From: Pseudomonadota bacterium
Lineage (GTDB): Bacteria; Pseudomonadota; Alphaproteobacteria; Micavibrionales; CSBR16-224
Assembly: GCA_013285465.1 (NCBI GenBank)
Contig: CP053449.1
Coordinates: forward strand, 1,445,540-1,509,539
DNA: 64,000 nt
Direction of reading: 5' to 3'
Shown: positions 56,028-64,000 of the stretch, one piece after another
Numbering within the stretch: position 1 is the stretch's first letter
Layout of the letters: every line of letters starts with the position of its first letter
Program-made: the position numbers and the translations under genes
The notes under the pieces: generated by a model
What the model was told of the DNA's origin: nothing
Database searches by the model: none
The model's input: the letters and a program-made list of their open reading frames with translations, nothing else

Positions 56028-56680
56028 TGTCCCTGCCTGATTTTTCGATTGAAGACAGCCTTGCGCGTCACAGCCACGGTCATGATGCCGGTATTTGCGG
56101 CATTGACGAGGTTGGCCGCGGGCCGCTGGCAGGCCCCGTCGTCGCCGCCGCCGTCATCCTGCCCCGTCCGCTTCCTCCCGAACTCTCAGGCCATATCCGT
56201 GACAGCAAGAAACTCAGTGCCGCAAAACGCGCCCGCATTGCCGCTGCCATCCGGGAATTTTCCGTTTTCAGCATCGGCGCGGCCTGTGTGGAGGAAATCG
56301 ACCGCGTCAATATCCTGAACGCGACCATGAATGCCATGACCCGCGCCTTTGAGGGCTTGCAGGAAAAGTCCCCTTGCAGTCATGCGCTGATTGACGGCAA
56401 CCGCGCGCCGAAACTGCCCTGCAAAACCCTGACCGTTATCAAGGGCGATCAGACATCGCTATCCATTGCCGCCGCTTCGATCATTGCAAAAGAATATCGC
56501 GATACGCTGATGCGCCGTCTTGCCGAAGACCACCCTGTTTACGGCTGGGACAGCAATGCCGGATATGGCACAAAAATACATATGGAGGCGTTAAAACAGC
56601 ATGGCGTGACGGTGCATCATCGCCGCTCTTTTGCGCCAATCTCTGAGTCATTACTTCAACAAAAAAATATAACCAGTTGA
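56027..56680 (+). CDS. rnhB: ribonuclease HII
   Basis: 217-aa ORF with catalytic GIDEVGRGPLAGPVVAAAV and DSKKLS motifs. Its start overlaps the upstream stop (TAATG). Confidence 0.94.
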   Translation: MSLPDFSIEDSLARHSHGHDAGICGIDEVGRGPLAGPVVAAAVILPRPLPPELSGHIRDSKKLSAAKRARIAAAIREFSVFSIGAACVEEIDRVNILNATMNAMTRAFEGLQEKSPCSHALIDGNRAPKLPCKTLTVIKGDQTSLSIAAASIIAKEYRDTLMRRLAEDHPVYGWDSNAGYGTKIHMEALKQHGVTVHHRRSFAPISESLLQQKNITS

Positions 56681-56750
56681 AATATAACGAAACTTAGATG
56701 TTGACGGATTCCGTCATTTCCATCATCATTAATAGTGAGGGTGGAGATAA

Positions 56751-57878
<1,128 letters not shown>

Positions 57879-57940
57879 TTGATTTTATTAGGTATTTATT
57901 TTAAGTCTCCAAGTTTTAAAAGTACGTCACTTCGCAACTT

Positions 57941-57976
57941 AAATGCCCCGCCTTAAAAAGCGGGGCATCTTTTTTT
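57941..57976 (+). terminator. intrinsic terminator after ccrM (copy A of a duplicated hairpin)
   Basis: 9-bp stem ATGCCCCGC/GCGGGGCAT (57943..57951 and 57960..57968), an 8-nt loop, then a T7 run. Confidence 0.8.
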
Positions 57977-58181
57977 GATTTACTCTGCGACTGCTAACCG
58001 ATGCATCACTTCAGCAGGCTCAAGGACTTCGAACCCAACCTAGTGCTGCCCCCTTCCTTTAATATCGAAAAGCATGTAAATTATAGCTCTAAAATTGGCC
58101 TTCTAAACTGGAAATGACACATTTTAATCCCTACCAATACAATACCTTTCCCACACGAAGAGGGATAAGAAAAGAGATTAC

Positions 58182-60347
58182 ATGACGACAGAAAACGAGA
58201 AGCCGACTCCCTCTATAGTTTTTCATGCCGACAAGCCTATCCAATCCGTACAAGAAGACCGTTTGGGTTTTTCTCCCATTGCCGACAATCTAGCAACGTC
58301 GATTCTAAAGATGAATGCCGATGGCGGATTTGTTATCGGGATTGAAGGGCCATGGGGGTGTGGGAAATCAAGCATCCTAAATTTGCTTTGTGCAAAAATA
58401 AAAGACGAGCAAAATATATCGATTATCAAGTTCTCCCCGTGGATTATCGGCGATAAAGATAGCATGGTATCTTCTTTAGCGGAAGAACTGTCAGAGGCCA
58501 TAAAAAAAACAGGACAGCAAAACGAAAACCTTGCGAAAAAAATGAAAAAATACGGTAAGGCGGGGATAAAAAAAATCGCGCCATGGGCAGCATTAATTCC
58601 AACATATGGTGAGAATGCAAAGGAATTGTCCGATTTGCTTTCTGGCTCATTAACTGACCTTAAAGATGAACTGACGAGAGCTTTGCAAGCTATTAAGCAA
58701 ACTTTTGTCGTTATCATTGATGATCTTGACCGCCTTGAACCGGAGGAAGCCTTAGAGATCACGCGCTTGATCCGTGCAGTAGGTGACTTCCCAAACGTAA
58801 TATACATCCTCTGCTACGACAAAGAAATTTTATCTAAAAGCTTGGAAACTGCCCTCCATATTAAAGATGGAAACGCTTTCTTACAAAAAATTGTTCAAGC
58901 TAGTTTCTCCGTACCGAAACCAGAAGAATTTGACCTGCGAAACTGGATGAATAAAGAATGTCAGCTGCTTTACGAAGAGGTTACTGGCAAAAGCTTACCC
59001 GATAATCTCTCAAGCCGGTTACAAGAGGTTTGTTATACACATGGCGGAAAAATAGAAACGCCCAGAGAAATTAATTTAATTCTTAACTCATTAAAGCTGG
59101 CTTATCCGCCCATCTCTGAAAAGGTGGATTTCCCAGACCTATGCTGGCTTCATCTCGAAAAAATTAAGAATGATGCCTTTTATAGATGGATAGAAAACTA
59201 TTTAAATGCATTCTCAGTTGTTGTGCGCGGTGAAGGTCATCTGAATGGAGCTGGACAGGCAAAGATGACGCAAGAACTTTTAAAACATTTGCAGATTACA
59301 GATGATATAGAAAAACAATCAGCCATGCATACCATCATAAACCTATCAGAACATATCCCAGGGATAGATTATGTGTGGGGAGACGATAAAACGCTCGTCA
59401 TGACAAAGCCTACAGATGAAGAACTCTCAGCTTTAGAAAGAGGCCATAGACTAGGAAGTCCCTCACATTATCGCCTCTATTTCTCATTCGCCCAGCCTGC
59501 TGGAACGCTAGACGAATCCGAGCTATCTGCTATTATCAACAAAGCTAACAATAAAACACTTCATGCAGACGATTTTAATAAGTTTATTTATGCAAAGCGT
59601 TCTCAAGGAGGAACGATGTATTCCGTTCTTCTTGACAGACTAAATAGAACCCCTGTGGAGGTATTCACATCAGATGGTTGCGTAACACTTCTACAAGTCA
59701 TTGCGGAGAGTATTGACGATGCCAGACGCGAGGAAAAAGACGATGAGGCGCATTTTAAGATAGGAATCGGTGAAATTGGTAATAAGCTGTTTCAGAAGCT
59801 GCTACCTCTAATAGACCAAAAAACAACTTTTTTACAAGATTTTTTCACGAGCGGTGCTTCCGTAGGCTGGCTTGTTTCAAGCGTAATTGGAAACGAAATC
59901 TTTGCACATGGGAAAAGCGGACTCGCCAAGAAAGGGCAGCCCAGTCTTACAACAGAGGAACTAGAAGGTGCTATTCAAATCATCAATGAACGCCTTACTA
60001 GCACCGATCGCGATAAAATAGAATCTGTCCCAGACGCTCTTTCCTTCTTCTATAGATGGCAACAATCTGGGGACGATGGGGCAAAGAACTTAAAAGAGTG
60101 GATGGATGAAATCTCCGTCACAGATGCTGGTTTCCTCGAATTACTGGAAAAATGCAGAGGATATGTCGTGAGCACAAACGGAAATTATCGCCCTCTTAAC
60201 GAACGGGAATTAACACAGCTTTTCGGAAATTCTAAAGAGATTCTGGACAGAGTTCGAAACATCGCCTGCAATTTACAAAATGAGCCAGACTTAATAAAGC
60301 AAGCAGAAGAACTCATAGAGGCACATAAAATGGCACGAGACTTCTAA
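58182..60347 (+). CDS. KAP-family P-loop NTPase (soluble, no TM insert)
   Basis: 721-aa ORF with Walker A GIEGPWGCGKSS, Walker B VVIIDDLDRLEPEEALEI and the following IYILCYD block typical of KAP NTPases. Long helical C-terminal region. More AT-rich than its flanks. Confidence 0.82.
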   Translation: MTTENEKPTPSIVFHADKPIQSVQEDRLGFSPIADNLATSILKMNADGGFVIGIEGPWGCGKSSILNLLCAKIKDEQNISIIKFSPWIIGDKDSMVSSLAEELSEAIKKTGQQNENLAKKMKKYGKAGIKKIAPWAALIPTYGENAKELSDLLSGSLTDLKDELTRALQAIKQTFVVIIDDLDRLEPEEALEITRLIRAVGDFPNVIYILCYDKEILSKSLETALHIKDGNAFLQKIVQASFSVPKPEEFDLRNWMNKECQLLYEEVTGKSLPDNLSSRLQEVCYTHGGKIETPREINLILNSLKLAYPPISEKVDFPDLCWLHLEKIKNDAFYRWIENYLNAFSVVVRGEGHLNGAGQAKMTQELLKHLQITDDIEKQSAMHTIINLSEHIPGIDYVWGDDKTLVMTKPTDEELSALERGHRLGSPSHYRLYFSFAQPAGTLDESELSAIINKANNKTLHADDFNKFIYAKRSQGGTMYSVLLDRLNRTPVEVFTSDGCVTLLQVIAESIDDARREEKDDEAHFKIGIGEIGNKLFQKLLPLIDQKTTFLQDFFTSGASVGWLVSSVIGNEIFAHGKSGLAKKGQPSLTTEELEGAIQIINERLTSTDRDKIESVPDALSFFYRWQQSGDDGAKNLKEWMDEISVTDAGFLELLEKCRGYVVSTNGNYRPLNERELTQLFGNSKEILDRVRNIACNLQNEPDLIKQAEELIEAHKMARDF

Positions 60348-60384
60348 AGCATCCTAATTTTTCTGTATCCCTGATAAATAAAAG

Positions 60385-60419
60385 AAATGCCCCGTCTTCA
60401 CAGGCGGGGCATCTTTTTA
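60385..60419. terminator. bidirectional intrinsic terminator between the KAP gene and pepN (copy B of the duplicated hairpin)
   Basis: Stem ATGCCCCG/CGGGGCAT (60387..60394 and 60405..60412) with an 8-10-nt loop. A T run lies downstream and an A-rich tract upstream. Confidence 0.8.
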
Positions 60420-60439
60420 TTCAAATATTAAAAGGCGTT

Positions 60440-63187
60440 TTAGGCTGCCAGTGTGCCGCCGGAGGGTTTCGGCTCATTGCCTTTTGCCGCAGCGCCGTCA
60501 CGTGTTGCCAGCGCTTTGTCCACCAGTTCGCGGATACCTTTGTCCAGCTTCGGCGTGGCTTTGACGCGGTCGAGCTGCTCCAGCATCAATTTCTGGCGGT
60601 CTTTGTCGTAGCGTTTGAATTCCAAGAGCGGCTTGACCAGCCCCGCACCGACGCGCGGATTGATGGTGTTCAGCTTGATCACCGCATCGGCAAGGAATTT
60701 GTAGCCTTCCCCGTCTTTACGGTGGAAATGGCGCGGATTACCGGCGGCAAAGGCACCGACCAGCGACCGTACCTTATTCGGCACTTTCCAGCTAAAGGCT
60801 TCATGTTCCGTCAGTTTCTTGACGCGTTCCAGACCGTCGCCGCTGTCCATACGGGCCTGTACGCCCAGCCAGCTATCGACGATATTGGTGTTGCTTTTAT
60901 AACGGTCATAGAAATTATCCAGCGCCGCCTGCGTTTCCGGCTTGTCCAGCTCGGACAGCGCCGTCAATGCGCCGAGACGTTCCGTCATATTGGTTGCCTG
61001 ATCATATTGCAGTTTGGCAATTTTCGTTGCCTCATCGGATTTATCCGCCGCCAGATAATCCAGCGTCAGATTGTGCAGAGCGCGGCGTCCGACTTGCGCG
61101 GGCGTAACTTCGTATTTCTCGCCCGGCGGGGAGATTGTCGCGCTGTAAAGCATCGCCATATCGCCCTGATGCGCATCCAGAATCTGCTCTTTCAGCTTAT
61201 CCGCCGCATCCAGCAGCGCATCGGGATTCACGACATCCAGACTTTGCACAAGGATGCTGTAGGACGGCAGTTCCAGCATTTTCGCCACAAAGGCCTTATC
61301 GCCGGATTTCGCATCCGTCGCCAGCACATGACCAACGGCATTCAGCAGTTTGGTCGGCGCTTTCGCCTCATTACCGGCCTCGATATCTTTCGCCATATCC
61401 AGCACGACTTTGGCCATATATTCCTGCGCCGCATCAAAACGGTTATAGCCGTCGCTGTCATGCTTCATGCGGAAGACAAGCTCGTCCTCGCTGGCTTTGG
61501 TCATGACTTTGACCGGTGCGGAGAAACCGCGCAGGATGGAGGGAACAACCGGCCCTTCAACGCCTGTAAATTCAAAGACCTGCTTGTCCTTTTTCAGATG
61601 CAGAACCCGTGTTGTCGACCCTGCTTCCGTATCGCCTTTCAGCGTCAGCGGAATATCCTTGCCGTCCTGACCGATCAGACCGACGGAAATCGGCATATAC
61701 ATTGCCTCTTTCTCCGCCTGCTCAGAGGTCGGCTTGGTTTCCTGCTCCAATGTCAGGCGGTATGTTTTGCTTGCCGCGTCATATTCACCGCTATAGCGCA
61801 GTTCCGGCGTACCCGCTTGCGAATACCATTTGCGGAAATGCGACAGATCAAGGCCGGAGACCTCCTGCATCACATCGACGAAATCGTCACAGGTCACGGC
61901 CTGCCCGTCAAAGCGGTCGAAATATTCGTTCATCGCCTCGCGCCACGTATCCGTGCCCAGCAGCGTGCGCAGCATACCCAGCACATGCGAGCCTTTCTCG
62001 TAAATCGTGCCGGTATAGATATTGTCAAATTCGGCAACATGATCGGGACGGATCGGATGCGCCGTCGGGCCGGCATCTTCGATAAACTGCCGTGCTTTCA
62101 GGTCAGTGGCATCTTCGATATCCTTAATCGCCTGCGAATGCATATCCGCCGTGAACTGGCGGTCACGCAGAACGGTCAGGCCTTCTTTCAGCGTCAGCTC
62201 GAACCAGTCACGCAGCGTAACGCGGTCACCCGACCAGTTGTGGAAATATTCGTGGCCGATCACGGCCTCGATCGCAATCAGACGGTCATCCGTCGCGGTT
62301 TCCTCATCCCCTGCCAGCAGGCTGATATTAAAGATGTTCAGACCCTTGTTTTCCATCGCCCCGGCGTTAAAGCTGGTCGTAGCGACAATGTGGAAAACAT
62401 CCAGATCATATTCGCGGTCATAGGTGTCTTCATCCCATTTCATCGATTTTTTGATCGATTCCATCGCCCAGTCGATTTTATCTTCATAACCTTCCGGCGC
62501 GAAAATACGCAGCTCAACCTCGCGGCCCGAGCGCGTCACGAATTTATCCTCGATATAAGGCAAATCTCCGGCAACCAGTGCGAAAAGATAGGCCGGTTTT
62601 TTATGCGGGTCATCCCAGCTGATTTCATGGCGGCCATTACCCAGATCGGTGGTTTTGGTCGGGTCGCCGTTACCGTTTGACATCAGCAGCGGATATTTTT
62701 CCTTATCCGCCTCGACCGTGACATGGAAGGTGGACAACACATCCGGACGATCCAGATAATAGGTAATGCGGCGGAAGCCCTGCGCCTCACACTGGGTGCA
62801 GAAAATCTCCTCCTGCTCCGGAATATAAAGACCGGAAAGCATCGTGTTTTCTTTCGGATTAATCTCGTTTTCGATTTCCAGCGTGAAAGGCTGCTCCGGC
62901 GGGCGTTTGATAATCAGATGTTTATCCGTGACTTCAAAATCGCCGCGGTCAAGATTCTTGCCGTTAAGCTTGACGGAGACCAGTTTCAAATCCTCGCCGT
63001 TCAGCATCAGCGGACCGCCTTCGGGCGCATCAGGATTGCGGCGTACCGTCAATTTCGACTTCACCCGTGTTTCGGTTTCATGCAGGTCGAAATGCAAATC
63101 CGTTTCGTCGATCAGATATTCCGGCGGACGATAGTCCAGACGATCAAGTGCGTTTGAATCCGGATCAAAAAGAAAGTCGTTCGCCAT
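60440..63187 (-). CDS. pepN: aminopeptidase N (M1 family)
   Basis: 915-aa ORF with the GAMENKGLNIF exopeptidase motif and the HEYFHNWSGDRVT...E zinc motif. Confidence 0.95.
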   Translation of the reverse strand: MANDFLFDPDSNALDRLDYRPPEYLIDETDLHFDLHETETRVKSKLTVRRNPDAPEGGPLMLNGEDLKLVSVKLNGKNLDRGDFEVTDKHLIIKRPPEQPFTLEIENEINPKENTMLSGLYIPEQEEIFCTQCEAQGFRRITYYLDRPDVLSTFHVTVEADKEKYPLLMSNGNGDPTKTTDLGNGRHEISWDDPHKKPAYLFALVAGDLPYIEDKFVTRSGREVELRIFAPEGYEDKIDWAMESIKKSMKWDEDTYDREYDLDVFHIVATTSFNAGAMENKGLNIFNISLLAGDEETATDDRLIAIEAVIGHEYFHNWSGDRVTLRDWFELTLKEGLTVLRDRQFTADMHSQAIKDIEDATDLKARQFIEDAGPTAHPIRPDHVAEFDNIYTGTIYEKGSHVLGMLRTLLGTDTWREAMNEYFDRFDGQAVTCDDFVDVMQEVSGLDLSHFRKWYSQAGTPELRYSGEYDAASKTYRLTLEQETKPTSEQAEKEAMYMPISVGLIGQDGKDIPLTLKGDTEAGSTTRVLHLKKDKQVFEFTGVEGPVVPSILRGFSAPVKVMTKASEDELVFRMKHDSDGYNRFDAAQEYMAKVVLDMAKDIEAGNEAKAPTKLLNAVGHVLATDAKSGDKAFVAKMLELPSYSILVQSLDVVNPDALLDAADKLKEQILDAHQGDMAMLYSATISPPGEKYEVTPAQVGRRALHNLTLDYLAADKSDEATKIAKLQYDQATNMTERLGALTALSELDKPETQAALDNFYDRYKSNTNIVDSWLGVQARMDSGDGLERVKKLTEHEAFSWKVPNKVRSLVGAFAAGNPRHFHRKDGEGYKFLADAVIKLNTINPRVGAGLVKPLLEFKRYDKDRQKLMLEQLDRVKATPKLDKGIRELVDKALATRDGAAAKGNEPKPSGGTLAA

Positions 63188-63252
63188 AAAATTATCCTTT
63201 CGCTAGCGTTATTACTATTGGTCACAACCGAAGAATCGGTACGCGCCCTGCC

Positions 63253-63741
63253 TTAAGGGCCGCCGCTTCCGGCTGTTCTGGCTTTATTGAACCGTCCCAG
63301 ATTACCAACTAATTGTTGCAAAACCGTAAACTCTTTCCCTGCGGTCGGTGTTTGACGGGTGACGGGGTCAATCTCCTGCCCTGCACCGGGATCAAGCTCG
63401 GCAATTTCCGTGACGGTTCCGGCAGTGTCAAAATCGACGCGGATGACGCGGCGGTCAGTAATCTCCGCCTTGAAAATACCCATCACTTCGCTTTTCTGCC
63501 CGATATAATACCAGGTATCCCCGCCGGTAAAGGGCGCCACAGCCGTCGGCGGGCCCCATATCTGGCGCAGTTCATAACGTGTGGTTTCATAAGGACGCAC
63601 CTGATTATAGCGTACATCGGATACCAGATTACCATGCGTATTGCGCGCAGGCGTGCATCCGGCCAGAAAAATCATTCCCAGCAGCAGGCATATCCCCAGC
63701 CGCAAAGATGTTGTCGTTTGAAGACCTAAAGCTGTTTTCAT
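63253..63741 (-). CDS. bamE: outer membrane protein assembly factor BamE (SmpA/OmlA lipoprotein)
   Basis: 162-aa ORF with lipobox LAGC followed by a BamE-like pattern (GNLVSD...QVRPYETTRYELRQIWGPP...DTWYYIG). Confidence 0.85.
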   Translation of the reverse strand: MKTALGLQTTTSLRLGICLLLGMIFLAGCTPARNTHGNLVSDVRYNQVRPYETTRYELRQIWGPPTAVAPFTGGDTWYYIGQKSEVMGIFKAEITDRRVIRVDFDTAGTVTEIAELDPGAGQEIDPVTRQTPTAGKEFTVLQQLVGNLGRFNKARTAGSGGP

Positions 63742-63823
63742 GCCTTTTCGCTTTTTTTTCGTACAAAATTGTTCTACAACACTATCAAATCAAGGCTTAT
63801 TTGGAAAGGAAAACTCAAGCATA

Positions 63824-64000
63824 ATGTTTGCAAAACTCCGCAACAGGAAAAACGCCGCAGACCCGGCCTCAGTACAGCTTCTTTACCATGAGATTGTTGA
63901 GACCGCGCGCCGCCCCGAATTTTACCGCGACTGGCAGGTGCCGGATACGGTGGAAGGACGTTTCGAAATGCTGGTACTGCATATCTTCTTTGTCCTGCGC
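63824..64000 (+). CDS. ubiquinol-cytochrome c chaperone (CBP3-like) family protein, 5' part only
   Basis: Not in the ORF track because it runs off the window. ATG 63824 gives MFAKLRNRKNAADPASVQLLYHEIVETARRPEFYRDWQVPDTVEGRFEMLVLHIFFVLR, which matches the family N-terminus. It is a common bamE neighbour in alphaproteobacteria. Confidence 0.7.
   Translation, partial: MFAKLRNRKNAADPASVQLLYHEIVETARRPEFYRDWQVPDTVEGRFEMLVLHIFFVLR

Noticed and set aside
58021-58040. GGACTTCGAACCC (minus strand GGGTTCGAAGTCC), resembling a tRNA T-arm, just inside the KAP islet; a possible tRNA-fragment att site
   Set aside because: The flanking bases do not form a proper 5-bp T stem (only 3 pairs), the conserved C61 is missing, and no acceptor stem follows. 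It is probably a chance match.
60722-62680. 652-aa plus-strand ORF antisense to pepN
   Set aside because: It is a shadow ORF, since pepN (GAMEN and HEXXH motifs) is on the minus strand. The antisense translation is R/F/H/Q-rich and motif-free.

Overview
Chromosomal segment of an alphaproteobacterium. Taxon markers are orphan ccrM next to rnhB, DUF1467, plant-type gshA, bamE plus a ubiquinol-cytochrome c chaperone, and tRNA-Trp-secE-nusG-rplKAJL-rpoBC. I call 64 protein-coding genes (two partial at the window edges), 2 tRNAs, several intrinsic terminators and a few sigma70-like promoter candidates. About two thirds is ordinary housekeeping backbone: tldD, lolCD, proS, alaS, rpoBC and ribosomal proteins, miaB-phoH-ybeY-corC, aroQ-accBC, dapDE, gshA, rnhB, ccrM, pepN, bamE. 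Interleaved with it is a dense set of eukaryote-like or accessory genes: eight ankyrin-repeat (ANK) proteins, a secreted serpin, a membrane protein with a long bilobed hydrophobic region, and several small orphans. There are also three AT-rich islets: a DUF262 gene at the left edge, an orphan after alaS, and a KAP-family P-loop NTPase bracketed by a duplicated terminator hairpin. The most interesting signal read directly from the translations is a short, strictly C-terminal motif, R-[HQ]-x-x-L-R-x-[YF]-[LIV]-x-[RT]. Five otherwise dissimilar proteins share it (four ANK, one not), and the remaining ANK proteins end in degenerate Arg-rich versions. I interpret it as a candidate export/translocation (T4SS-like) or host-targeting tag defining an effector family; no secretion machinery lies in this window. 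A second uncharacterised module of about 90 aa follows the ANK repeats in two tandem gene pairs. No CRISPR array, rRNA, transposase or integrase was seen. All calls come from reading translations and sequence by eye with no database search. Family names therefore rest on recognised motifs, and start codons and GC statements are approximate.
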